From Obrimoposthia wandeli (Eukaryota): a stretch of 64,000 nt of DNA. The stretch is from positions 1-64,000 of the forward strand of contig CDROCS010006605.1 of the NCBI GenBank assembly GCA_977020255.1, read 5' to 3'. This document shows positions 32,237 to 42,017 of the stretch, piece after piece; the first letter of the stretch is position 1; every line of letters starts with the position of its first letter. The notes below the pieces were generated by a model that was not told the DNA's origin, did not search any database, and saw nothing but the letters and a program-made list of their open reading frames with translations. Made by a program: the position numbers and the translations under genes.

Positions 32237-33394
32237 ATGATCCTGACTCAAGAACATAAAGAAATTAAAAGAACCGTTCGCAACTTTGTAGAGAACGAAA
32301 TTAACCCGTATGTAGAGCAGTGGGAAAAAGACGGTATTTTTCCGGCAAAAGAATTGTTCAAAAAAATGGGCGATTTGGGTTTGTTAGGAATTTCTAAGCC
32401 TGAATCTGCTGGTGGTATGGGTCTAGATTTCTCTTATGAAATGGCTGCGGCGGAAGAATTTGGTGGCATCACTTGTGGTGGTGTTCCAATGGCGATTGGT
32501 GTGCAGACTTCCATGGCGACGCCTGCGCTTGCGCGTTTTGGCAGTGATTATATTAAAGAAACTTTCTTGGCACCTGCGGTTGCCGGTGACATGGTTGCGT
32601 GTATTGGTGTTAGTGAGCCGGGTGCAGGTTCTGATGTTGCAGCGATTAAAACGACTGCGGTAAAAGACGGTGATGATTACATCATCAACGGTACAAAAAT
32701 GTGGATCACTAATTCCACGCAAGCTGATTTTATTTGTTTATTAGCCAATACCTCAGACGATAAAGCGCATAAAAATAAATCATTGATCGTAGTGCCAATG
32801 GATTTAGCGGGTATTAGCTTCTCAGAAAAGTTGGATAAGCTAGGCATGCGTTCATCGGATACTGCACAAGTCTTCTTTGACAATGTTCGTGTACCGCAGA
32901 AAAATCTAATCGGTAGTGAAGGCGCTGGCTTCATGATGCAGATGATGCAGTTTCAAGAAGAGCGTATGTACGTTGCTGCAATATCACTGAAGTCGATGGA
33001 AATTTGTGTTGATAGCACGATTGCATACTGTCGTGAGCGTGAAACATTTGGCCAGCCTTTGATTAATAACCAAGTCATTCATTTCCGTATGGCAGAGCTG
33101 CAAACCGAAATTGAAGCGCTGCGTTGCATGGTCTATCAAGCTTGCGAAGGTTATTTGAACAAAGAAGATATGACCCGACTTGCGTCGATGGCTAAATTAA
33201 AATCTGGCCGCCTAGCGCGTGAAGTAGCCGATAGTTGCTTACAGTATTGGGGTGGTATGGGCTTTATGTGGGATAACGTGGTTTCACGTTTTTATCGTGA
33301 TAACCGCTTGGCTTCCATCGGTGGTGGTGCGGATGAAATTATGATCGGCATTATTTGTAAATACATGGATATTCTGCCGAAGAAACGTAAATAA
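32237..33394 (+). CDS. atuD: Citronellyl-CoA dehydrogenase (acyl-CoA dehydrogenase)
   Basis: VSEPGAGSD, NGTKMWITN and SIGGGADEIM motifs; cluster context. Confidence 0.85.
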   Translation: MILTQEHKEIKRTVRNFVENEINPYVEQWEKDGIFPAKELFKKMGDLGLLGISKPESAGGMGLDFSYEMAAAEEFGGITCGGVPMAIGVQTSMATPALARFGSDYIKETFLAPAVAGDMVACIGVSEPGAGSDVAAIKTTAVKDGDDYIINGTKMWITNSTQADFICLLANTSDDKAHKNKSLIVVPMDLAGISFSEKLDKLGMRSSDTAQVFFDNVRVPQKNLIGSEGAGFMMQMMQFQEERMYVAAISLKSMEICVDSTIAYCRERETFGQPLINNQVIHFRMAELQTEIEALRCMVYQACEGYLNKEDMTRLASMAKLKSGRLAREVADSCLQYWGGMGFMWDNVVSRFYRDNRLASIGGGADEIMIGIICKYMDILPKKRK

Positions 33395-33432
33395 TTCTGC
33401 ATTGTCATAAATGTTGTTATCGAGATTTTAAT

Positions 33433-34278
33433 ATGAGCCAACAAGAATTTGAAACACTAGACTTTGAAACATTAGTAATACAAGACCAAAAACCTGTATT
33501 ACGCGTTATGTTAAACCGCCCTAAGCTGGCTAATGCGATGAACCTGAAAATGGTTGCTGAGCTAATGGCTGTGATGGAGAAAGTTGAACAAGAAAACTAT
33601 CGTATATTAATTATTAGCGGTGGTAATGGCAACTTTTGTGCGGGTGGCGATATTAAAGACATGCAATCGGCGGGTGCTGATAAAAATGCTTTAGTAGAAC
33701 TCAATCGTGCGTTTGGTCACATGATCACGAAAGCGAATCACCTTCCTTGTGCTGTTATTTGTGCATTAGAAGGTGCGGTGCTCGGCGGTGGTTTTGGTTT
33801 GGCTTGTGTTTCTGATTTAGCGATCGCGGTTGAGAAAACTCAGTTTGGTTTGCCGGAAACTTCGCTAGGAATTATTCCTGCGCAAATAGCACCGTTTGTT
33901 GTGCAGCGTATTGGCTTAACACAAACCCGTCGTTTGGCATTATTCGGCAATCGTATTAAAGCGCAAGAAGCGATGAACCTTGGTTTGATTCATCAGGTTG
34001 TGGAGAGTAGTGAGCAGCTTGAAGAAGCGGTCACGAAAGCCATTAAGCTCGCACTTAAATGTGCACCACAAGCCTCGCAAACGACCAAAGCCTTAATTCA
34101 TAGTGTTGATGAACAAGATCTTGAAACATTATTAGATCAAGCGGCCACCGATTTTGCAGATGCCGTGATGGGAGAAGGTCGTGAAGGTGGCGCTGCATTT
34201 ATGCAAAAACGTTTACCTGTTTGGGCTGATGTTTCATTAGAAACGTCTACTGCATCAGCAGAAAAGGAGAACGTATAA
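33433..34278 (+). CDS. atuE: Isohexenylglutaconyl-CoA hydratase (crotonase family)
   Basis: FCAGGDIK, VLGGGFGLACVSD and FGLPETSLGIIPAQIAPFV motifs. Confidence 0.82.
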   Translation: MSQQEFETLDFETLVIQDQKPVLRVMLNRPKLANAMNLKMVAELMAVMEKVEQENYRILIISGGNGNFCAGGDIKDMQSAGADKNALVELNRAFGHMITKANHLPCAVICALEGAVLGGGFGLACVSDLAIAVEKTQFGLPETSLGIIPAQIAPFVVQRIGLTQTRRLALFGNRIKAQEAMNLGLIHQVVESSEQLEEAVTKAIKLALKCAPQASQTTKALIHSVDEQDLETLLDQAATDFADAVMGEGREGGAAFMQKRLPVWADVSLETSTASAEKENV

Positions 34279-36323
34279 TGTCTGTTGAAAAAAATATTTC
34301 TAATAAAGGCTTTAACAAGGTACTGGTTGCCAATCGTGGCGAAATTGCAGTACGCGTTATTCGCTCTGCACAATCTTTAGGTTATCGCACGGTTGCTGTA
34401 TTTTCTGAAGCCGATGCGAATGCACCTCACGTCAGTATTGCCGACGAAGCTATTTGTATTGGTGCTTCTCCTGTTGGTGAAAGCTATTTAGTCGCGGAAA
34501 AATTAATTGCAGCGGCGAAGAAAACAGGCGCTGATGCGATTCATCCGGGTTACGGTTTTTTATCTGAAAACTCAGCTTTTGCCAAAGCCTGCGTTGATGC
34601 TGACATCGTATTTATTGGTCCACGCCCAGATGCCATTGATTTAATGGGCAGTAAACGTCATTCAAAAATTGCCATGATCGCGGCAGGAGTTCCTTGTATT
34701 CCTGGTTACGAAGGTGCTGATCAGTCGGATGATGTATTAAGAAATGCGGCGATTGAAATCGGTATGCCTGTAATGTTGAAAGCCAGCGCCGGTGGTGGTG
34801 GACGTGGAATGCGTTTAGTGACCGACGCTAAAGATTTAGATGAACTTATTAAATCTGCCCGCTCGGAAGCATTGAATGCCTTTGGTAGTGGTGAGCTGAT
34901 TATTGAAAAAGCAGTGATGCAGCCGCGTCATATTGAGATTCAAGTCTTTGCCGATAGTTTTGGTAATACGGTTTACCTTGGCGAGCGTGATTGCTCGGTG
35001 CAGCGTCGTCATCAGAAAGTTGTGGAAGAAGCACCATCGCCTTTTGTTAATCCTGCAATGCGTAAAGCGATGGGAGAAGCGGCGGTTAATGCGGCTAAGT
35101 CTTGTAATTATGTTGGCGCAGGTACGGTTGAATTTTTAGCCGATAGTGAAGGTAACTTCTACTTTTTAGAAATGAATACACGCTTGCAAGTTGAGCATCC
35201 AGTGACGGAATTAATCACTGGCTTAGATTTAGTGGCTATGCAATTACGCGTTGCCGCGGGTGATAAATTATCGATTACTCAAGAAGATGTGACGCTTACA
35301 GGTCACGCGATGGAAGTGCGTTTATACGCCGAAGATCCGGGCGCTAATTTTATTCCACAAACGGGTTTATTAAACGTGTGGCAGCCTGCTTCTGGTGATG
35401 GCATTCGTATTGACTCTGGCATCCAACAAGGGCAAGTGGTCAGTTCGTTTTATGATCCTATGCTGGCAAAGATTATTGCTTATGGTGAAAACCGCGAAGA
35501 AGCACGTCGCCGTTTAGTGTGTGCAGTGGAAGACAGTAAGTTATTGGGCATTAAAGATAATCGTGCATTCTTAGCGGCTATCTTGCGTAATGAAACGTTC
35601 ATTCAAGGTGATGCAACGACGGCATTTATCGGTGACGATTTTAGTCAAGATCCGAGTTTGCAGCCATTGCAAGCGCAGTGTCTTGAAGTTGCATTGGCTG
35701 CAAGTATTTTATCGGCAATTCAATCAGGATCTTCTGGTTGGCAGAATAATAGAACGGGCAGTCGTGTTATTAAATTGTCATGCGAAGATCAAATCTTTGA
35801 ACTTGCATTAACAGCGATTGAAAATACCATTACCGTAGATTTCGCTGCTGATACTACCGATGAAGATTCAGGCAAAGAGTCGCAAGCTAATAAAAAAGAA
35901 ACAATTAAAATAATCGAACAATCTGAAAACATTTTAAAGTATGTGCAGGATGATATCGTTCGCACGATTACTTATAGTCAAACAAAAGGTTCAGGTGAGG
36001 CGCTAGGCTGTAATCAAGTTCATTTAGCCGCGAGTTATGGCAATTTAACCTTTACCGATATCAGCTTACAGTCGACGAAGAAAAACAAAGGTGGATCAGA
36101 TCAGGTATTAGCCTCAATGGATGGTGGCATGGTTGATGTGATGGTGAAGGTGGGTGATGTCGTCGAAGTTGGTCAGACCTTAGCGGTGCTAGAAGCTATG
36201 AAAATGGAGCACCCATTGAAAGCAGGTATTGCCGGTACGATTGCAGAAGTATTAGTACAAGCGGGTGATCAAGTTAAAGGTCGTCAGAAATTAATTCAGA
36301 TTACAGCTACAGCAGCTGAATAA
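34278..36323 (+). CDS. atuF: Geranyl-CoA carboxylase alpha (biotin carboxylase + biotin carrier) subunit
   Basis: ANRGEIA, HPGYGFLSE, RDCSVQRRHQK and EAMKME biotinylation motif. Confidence 0.87.
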   Translation: MSVEKNISNKGFNKVLVANRGEIAVRVIRSAQSLGYRTVAVFSEADANAPHVSIADEAICIGASPVGESYLVAEKLIAAAKKTGADAIHPGYGFLSENSAFAKACVDADIVFIGPRPDAIDLMGSKRHSKIAMIAAGVPCIPGYEGADQSDDVLRNAAIEIGMPVMLKASAGGGGRGMRLVTDAKDLDELIKSARSEALNAFGSGELIIEKAVMQPRHIEIQVFADSFGNTVYLGERDCSVQRRHQKVVEEAPSPFVNPAMRKAMGEAAVNAAKSCNYVGAGTVEFLADSEGNFYFLEMNTRLQVEHPVTELITGLDLVAMQLRVAAGDKLSITQEDVTLTGHAMEVRLYAEDPGANFIPQTGLLNVWQPASGDGIRIDSGIQQGQVVSSFYDPMLAKIIAYGENREEARRRLVCAVEDSKLLGIKDNRAFLAAILRNETFIQGDATTAFIGDDFSQDPSLQPLQAQCLEVALAASILSAIQSGSSGWQNNRTGSRVIKLSCEDQIFELALTAIENTITVDFAADTTDEDSGKESQANKKETIKIIEQSENILKYVQDDIVRTITYSQTKGSGEALGCNQVHLAASYGNLTFTDISLQSTKKNKGGSDQVLASMDGGMVDVMVKVGDVVEVGQTLAVLEAMKMEHPLKAGIAGTIAEVLVQAGDQVKGRQKLIQITATAAE

Positions 36324-36359
36324 TTCATCGTAACGATATTTAGTATTAAGGAATTTATT

Positions 36360-37244
36360 ATGAGTTCATTGAAAAACAAAACCATCATCATCACAGGCGC
36401 TAGCCGTGGTATCGGTCGTGAAGTGGCGTTAGCGTGTGCTGCTGAAGGTGCAAATATTGTGATCGCGGCGAAGTCGGATCAGCCGCATCCAAAGTTGGAA
36501 GGCACGATTCATTCTGTAGTGAAAGAAGTTGAAGAGGCTGGCGGTAAAGGCCTAGCCGTTAAGGTTGATGTGCGCAGTGAAGAAGACATTGATAACCTAA
36601 TTGCTAAAACGGTTGAAACCTTTGGTGGCATCGATGCAATTATTAATAATGCGGGTGCGATTGCTTTGGCGGGTGTTGAATCAACACCGCTGAAGAAACT
36701 TGATTTGATGATGCAGGTGAATTTCCGTGCTGTTTTCTTATTAAGCCAGAAAGCATTGCCGTATTTGAAAAAATCAGAAAATGGTCACATCTTAAGTTTC
36801 TCTCCGCCGTTAGATTTAGATCGTCGCTGGATGCGTAACCACTCGCCGTACACATTAACTAAGTACGGCATGTCGATGTTGACTATGGGGATGTCGGATG
36901 AATTTAAGCGTTATGGCATTGCGGTAAATGCGCTATGGCCTCGCACAGTTATTCATACCGCCGCGACGTCTTTTGGTGGTAAGCAATCCTTTGATCGCGC
37001 TCGTGGCCCTAAAATTATGGCGGATGCGGCGTTTGCACTGTTGAAAACTGAAAACCGTGCAATCACTGGGCAGTTGTTAATAGACGAAGATTTCTTACGT
37101 ACTCAGGGGGTGGAAGACTTCGAACAGTATCGTGCGAATCCTGAAAGTGATAAAACAGATTTGATGCCTGATTTGTTTGTACAAGACGCTGATGCTTATG
37201 TTCGTGGTACAGTGCCTCCTTTAGCGGGTTTGATTGACGAATAA
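36360..37244 (+). CDS. atuG: Short-chain dehydrogenase (AtuG/HSDL2-like)
   Basis: TGASRGIG, NNAG and YTLTKYGMSM motifs; follows atuF. Confidence 0.75.
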   Translation: MSSLKNKTIIITGASRGIGREVALACAAEGANIVIAAKSDQPHPKLEGTIHSVVKEVEEAGGKGLAVKVDVRSEEDIDNLIAKTVETFGGIDAIINNAGAIALAGVESTPLKKLDLMMQVNFRAVFLLSQKALPYLKKSENGHILSFSPPLDLDRRWMRNHSPYTLTKYGMSMLTMGMSDEFKRYGIAVNALWPRTVIHTAATSFGGKQSFDRARGPKIMADAAFALLKTENRAITGQLLIDEDFLRTQGVEDFEQYRANPESDKTDLMPDLFVQDADAYVRGTVPPLAGLIDE

Positions 37245-37258
37245 AAGCTTAAAGAAGG

Positions 37259-37376
37259 TTAACCACAGAGGCACAGAGAAGAGCGGAGAAAAGAAGGGCA
37301 ATAATTAGCTGAAGGACAAAGAGATATTGTCATTTTTTATTTACCTTTTTTCTTTTCTCTGTGCCTCTGTGGTGAA
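37259..37376. repeat. Inverted pair of 20-bp CACAGAG repeats (locus 2)
   Basis: TTAACCACAGAGGCACAGAG (37259-37278) and CTCTGTGCCTCTGTGGTGAA (37357-37376). Confidence 0.88.
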
Positions 37377-37410
37377 TGTCTTTCCTTTTAAAGCATTGAC
37401 TGAAAGAGAA

Positions 37411-38133
37411 ATGAATATGTCTTTAATGAGTTTACGCAACGAAGGTAAGGTTGCGATTATTTCCATGGATAATGGCAAGAACGCCAATAACCTTGAGTTT
37501 GCCCAGCAGCTTTTAGGCTTGTTAAAACAAGTCGAAGAAGAAAAAAGCAATAAAGCCCTTATCCTGACTTCAAGTGATGAAAAGAACTGGAGTCAAGGTA
37601 TTGATGTACCTTGGATGATGGGCAGCATTCAGGGTGGCAAGCACGACGATGTAAAAGAATTTTTGCATACTATGGATGCGTGTTATACCGCGATGATGCA
37701 ATACCCTATGCCTATTATTGCAGCGATTAATGGTCATACTTTCGGCAATGGTGGTGTTATCGCCTGTGCTTGTGATTTCCGTTTTATGCGTTCTGATCGT
37801 GGATTTTTCTGCTTCCCAGAAGTCGATATGAGTGTGCCATTTTTGCCAGGCTTGATCGATGTGATTTTAAAAGCGATGCCAATATATCGTTTTAATGAAA
37901 TGATTCTTTCAGGACGCCGTCTATCGGCCGAAGAGTTAAAAGAAGATAAGGTTGTCGATCAGATATTCGATGGCGCTGATGCTTTGTTTGAAGGCGCTTT
38001 AGCGTATGCAAAAACCTTTACCAAGGGACGCGCAATTTTTTCTGAACACAAACGTCGCTTACATAAATCTGCGATCGATGCTTTAGCAGAGAAAAATCCG
38101 CCTATGATTGATGCGATGAAAGTATTGTTGTAA
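37411..38133 (+). CDS. Enoyl-CoA hydratase/isomerase family protein (track start 37327 runs through the repeat; ATG 37411 or 37417 likely)
   Basis: WSQGID, AAINGHTFGNG and FCFPEVD crotonase motifs. Confidence 0.85.
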   Translation: MNMSLMSLRNEGKVAIISMDNGKNANNLEFAQQLLGLLKQVEEEKSNKALILTSSDEKNWSQGIDVPWMMGSIQGGKHDDVKEFLHTMDACYTAMMQYPMPIIAAINGHTFGNGGVIACACDFRFMRSDRGFFCFPEVDMSVPFLPGLIDVILKAMPIYRFNEMILSGRRLSAEELKEDKVVDQIFDGADALFEGALAYAKTFTKGRAIFSEHKRRLHKSAIDALAEKNPPMIDAMKVLL

Positions 38134-38379
38134 TACTATTCTTCTAATCGTCAGGCATCCCTGCTTTCTTACCCTTTAGAAGGTAGGGTTTTAGTTCACC
38201 AGTAAGAGACAGCACATTATTCCAAAAGTGGTATTCACCTTTAGGCACTCAGATGATACTTCTCCACATCCCATTTCCAGTTGTCCAATCACCCATATAA
38301 TTCTATTTTTCCTATCGGTAAATCGATCTTTATCATCTTGATTCTCGTTGATATTGCTATTTTGTAGGCTTAAATCAAG

Positions 38380-38684
38380 TTACTAACAAGATCTGTGCAT
38401 AAGTATGGGTATAAAATATTTATAACAGGCTGTAGCCCTTATAGAATCGCTCATTGAGTTAGATTGTTGCTTTTTCGAACAATTGTTTGAATTGCTTTAA
38501 AGCCAGTAAAGTCAATGGTTTAGCTGTCTTTTTCAGAAAAATAATAGCTGTGGAAAAAGTTATAAATATTTTTGTTTTTCTTCATTACAAGACTTGTTTT
38601 TAGAAAAAATAAACGTTATTTAAAGAATGTGGCGCGAGTTATCATAATTGTATCCACAGATGTTGTGGATAAGTGTAGGGATAA
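38380..38684. promoter_or_regulatory. Cluster of DnaA boxes, DARS-like
   Basis: GTATCCACA (38650-58), TGTGGATAA (38664-72, perfect), TAGGGATAA (38676-84), TGTGCATAA (38394-402), TGGGTATAA (38406-14), TGTGGAAAA (38549-57). Confidence 0.7.
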
Positions 38685-38885
38685 CTAATAGCATAACTTT
38701 ATATCTCCAACTCTTATCCTAGTCCTGCGTAGATATTTCTTCAGCGACCTTAGATTGTACTTTTTTTAATCAGGCAATCAGTTTTACTTTCGGCTAAGTA
38801 GTTAATAAATTATCTGGTAAGATAGGCGCATATAACTTCAAGCTTTACCAAACTTTTTTGTCGCTTCTATTAATTAGGCCATTCC

Positions 38886-39131
38886 ATGAAACTATTAGTC
38901 CGTAACCTTGCCCGTTCTCTTTCTGAAGAAGATGTAGCGGCTTTATTTGCCCCCTTTGGTGAAGTTGCAGAATGCAGCTTAGTGATGGATTCACAAACTG
39001 GTGAATCGAAGGGTTTTGGTTTTATTGAGATGCCTGGGCCGGGTAATGGCAAAGCGGCGATGAAGTCACTGAATGCGACAGAAATTGCTGGCCAAGTTAT
39101 CCGTGTAAAGCGTGCAGCAGAAGATAAATAA
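38886..39131 (+). CDS. RRM-domain RNA-binding protein
   Basis: RNP2 (LLVRNL) and RNP1 (KGFGFIEM). Confidence 0.9.
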   Translation: MKLLVRNLARSLSEEDVAALFAPFGEVAECSLVMDSQTGESKGFGFIEMPGPGNGKAAMKSLNATEIAGQVIRVKRAAEDK

Positions 39132-39176
39132 TACTCAATTTAGTTAACCTCCTCTTTATTCCAGCACGGAAGCTCC

Positions 39177-40778
39177 ATGTCTGAACGCAAATCTAAGGCT
39201 AAAGCCACGGACAACAACATAAACGAACAGGCTGAACCAGAAAAACAAGCCTCATTAGTTAAGTCTTCCAGTATTGTCAGCATTATGACGTTATTGAGTC
39301 GCGTATTGGGGCTGGTGCGTGACGTGGTGGTGGCGCAGTATTTTGGTGCCCGTGCGGATGCCTTTTTTGTGGCGTTTAAAATTCCCAATTTTTTACGCCG
39401 CTTGTTTGCCGAAGGCGCATTTTCCGTCGCCTTCGTCCCTGTTCTTTCCGAATACAAGACGCAGCGCAGTGTCGCCGAAGTTAAGATGCTGATTGCCAGT
39501 GTTTCTGGGGTTTTGGGCTTAATACTGTTTTTAGTCACGGTTATTGCGCTGCTCTTAGCGCCTTGGTTGCCGTATGTGTTTGCTCCAGGCTTCAGTGGTG
39601 ATGCTGAAAAATTTGCCTTAACCGGTAATTTGTTAAGAATTACTTTCCCGTATTTATTATTTATTTCCCTTACCGCGTTCGCGGGCAGTATCTTAAATGC
39701 CTATGGCCGTTTTGCGGTGCCTGCGTTTACGCCAGTCTTATTGAACGTTTGCCTGATCTTCTCTACCTTGGTGATGACAAGCTGGTTTATTGAGCCTTTA
39801 TACGCCTTAGCGTGGGGCGTATTCATGGCGGGGGCGCTTCAATTACTGTTCCAGTTACCGTTCATTGCGCGCTTAGGCTTGTTGGTACGCCCGACTTATC
39901 AGCCTAAACAGGAAGGTGTGGGGCGTATTCTGAGATTAATGGGACCTGCATTATTTGGGGTTTCTGTTAGTCAGATTAATTTATTACTCGATACTTTATT
40001 AGCCTCTTTCTTAGAACCGGGCAGTGTCAGTTGGTTATATTATTCTGACCGCTTGAATAACTTGCCGTTAGGTATCTTTGCAATCGCGATTGGTGTGGTG
40101 ATTTTACCGGCGCTGTCGAGAAAGCATGCTGAAGATAATTCAGAGCACTTTGCGCAAACCCTAGATTGGGCAACGCGGATGATCTTCTTATTAGCCTTGC
40201 CAGCTGCCTTGGCTTTAGTCGTATTGGCAACGCCATTAATGGCGACGATCTTTTTCCACGGTGAAATTACTCCGTACGATATTGGAAAAATGACATTAAG
40301 CCTGCAAGCTTATGGAACTGGGCTGTTTGCCTTTATGTTGATTAAGGTGTTGGCGCCAGGCTATTACGCCCGCCAAGATACTAAAACTCCAGTGAAAATC
40401 GGTATTCAAGCCATGGTTGTTAATATGGTTTTGAACCTTGCATTAGTTGGTCCGTTTCAGCATGCAGGTTTGGCATTAGCGACTTCGTTATCCGCATTCT
40501 TCAACGCTTATATGCTTTACAGAGGATTGAAAGCGACGGGGCATTACAAAGCGCAACCCGGTTGGCCTGTCTTTGCGCTGAAAGTATTAATCGCCAATGT
40601 CGCGTTGTTTGCGGTGATGTATTTAATGATGGGCGATGCCCAGCAATGGTTAGAGTGGGGTACTTGGCAGCGCATTGGCTGGATGTCGGCAATTGTCGGC
40701 GCGGGCGTAAGTATTTATTTCATCACCTTGTTGGTTTTTGGATTAAGGCCTAGGCATTTAAAAGGGGCTAGCTTTTAA
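39177..40778 (+). CDS. murJ: Lipid II flippase MurJ (MviN)
   Basis: TLLSRVLGLVRD, FKIPNFLRRLFAEGAF and LAPGYYARQDTKTPVK. Confidence 0.96.
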   Translation: MSERKSKAKATDNNINEQAEPEKQASLVKSSSIVSIMTLLSRVLGLVRDVVVAQYFGARADAFFVAFKIPNFLRRLFAEGAFSVAFVPVLSEYKTQRSVAEVKMLIASVSGVLGLILFLVTVIALLLAPWLPYVFAPGFSGDAEKFALTGNLLRITFPYLLFISLTAFAGSILNAYGRFAVPAFTPVLLNVCLIFSTLVMTSWFIEPLYALAWGVFMAGALQLLFQLPFIARLGLLVRPTYQPKQEGVGRILRLMGPALFGVSVSQINLLLDTLLASFLEPGSVSWLYYSDRLNNLPLGIFAIAIGVVILPALSRKHAEDNSEHFAQTLDWATRMIFLLALPAALALVVLATPLMATIFFHGEITPYDIGKMTLSLQAYGTGLFAFMLIKVLAPGYYARQDTKTPVKIGIQAMVVNMVLNLALVGPFQHAGLALATSLSAFFNAYMLYRGLKATGHYKAQPGWPVFALKVLIANVALFAVMYLMMGDAQQWLEWGTWQRIGWMSAIVGAGVSIYFITLLVFGLRPRHLKGASF

Positions 40779-40817
40779 CTCCCTTTCTTGGGTTTTTATT
40801 CAACTTCTTTCCGTGTC

Positions 40818-40837
40818 TTCCGTGCCTCAGTGGTGAA
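40818..40837. repeat. Single diverged 20-bp CACAGAG-family repeat (locus 3)
   Basis: TTCCGTGCCTCAGTGGTGAA versus consensus CTCTGTGCCTCTGTGGTGAA. Confidence 0.6.
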
Positions 40838-40949
40838 TCGCTTTTGTATTCAATCAACCCAGAGCAAAGGCAAGGGTCAAAAGACCTGTTCACTTGCTGG
40901 CCAAGTCGCTATAATCCCGCAGTTATTTTAGGCGGGGTTTATCTGCGGT

Positions 40950-41930
40950 ATGCGCCTTATTCGTGGGTTATACAACATTCCATCCGACTTTTCCGGCTGT
41001 GTTGCTACTATCGGCAACTTTGATGGTGTTCATTTAGGGCATCAGGCAATTTTACAGCAGTTGAAAAAACAGGGTGAAGAACATCAATTACCGACTGTAG
41101 TGATGATGTTTGAGCCTCAACCGCGTGAGTTTTTTGCACCGGATCAAGCCCCTGCGCGTCTTGCTAATATGAGTGAGAAGTTACAAGACCTCGCCAGTTT
41201 TGGCGTTGACTATGTATTGTGTTTGCCGTTTAACCAAAAACTACGTTCGATGAGTGCTGATCAGTTTATCCAGACGATATTACTGGATGGGTTAAAAATT
41301 AGTCACTTAATAGTGGGTGATGATTTCCGTTTTGGTTGTGATCGCACGGGTGATTATCAGTTATTGCAGCAAGCGGGCTTTAGCGTTGAAGATACCAAAA
41401 CCTTTGAGTTAGAAGGTCAGCGGGTAAGCAGTACTCGAATTCGAGAATGTTTAAGCGCTAATGATTTAGCGACGGCAGGTAAGTTACTCGGTCGCCCTTA
41501 TCGTATGAGTGGCCGTATTGGCTATGGTCGCCAGTTGGGACGCACGATTGGTGTGCCTACCGCGAATGTGATTTTACAGCGTAATAAATTGCCGATGACG
41601 GGGGTTTATGCGGTGAAAGCGATCGCTATTACCGTAGACGAGTGCAATGAAAGCCAAGCGCTCGATCAAGCTGGTCAGATTAAGGAGTGGCAAGGTGTGG
41701 CAAACATTGGGGTAAAACCTACGGTTGCTGGTACACCAGAGCCATCGTTAGAAGTTCACGTTTTTGACTTTCCTAGTTTGGGAGGTGATGAGAACCTCTA
41801 TGGTAAGCGCTTAAGTATTGAGTTTTGCCAGAAGATTCGTGAAGAGAAAAAGTTTAAGGGTTTGGATGAGCTGAAAGCAGCCATCGGTAATGATATGACG
41901 GTTGCACGGGAATTTTTTTCCTTAGATTAG
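40950..41930 (+). CDS. ribF: Bifunctional riboflavin kinase/FAD synthetase
   Basis: IGNFDGVHLGH, GRTIGVPTAN and LEVHVFDF. Confidence 0.96.
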   Translation: MRLIRGLYNIPSDFSGCVATIGNFDGVHLGHQAILQQLKKQGEEHQLPTVVMMFEPQPREFFAPDQAPARLANMSEKLQDLASFGVDYVLCLPFNQKLRSMSADQFIQTILLDGLKISHLIVGDDFRFGCDRTGDYQLLQQAGFSVEDTKTFELEGQRVSSTRIRECLSANDLATAGKLLGRPYRMSGRIGYGRQLGRTIGVPTANVILQRNKLPMTGVYAVKAIAITVDECNESQALDQAGQIKEWQGVANIGVKPTVAGTPEPSLEVHVFDFPSLGGDENLYGKRLSIEFCQKIREEKKFKGLDELKAAIGNDMTVAREFFSLD

Positions 41931-42017
41931 CAGCGATCGCGTGTCGATCGCGTCACAAAATACAGAATTAAATTTTAAAACATAAGAGCCTAACGGCGAA
42001 TTATAGTTGGAAGAAAA

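Noticed and set aside
38140-38290. CsrB/Rsm-like sRNA on the minus strand
   Set aside because: Only about four scattered GGA motifs and no GacA box (TGTAAG-N6-CTTACA) found.
38134-38885. oriC
   Set aside because: No dnaA, rpmH, gidA or mioC nearby and no clear 13-mer DUE array; the box geometry fits a DARS-type core better. Not formally excluded.
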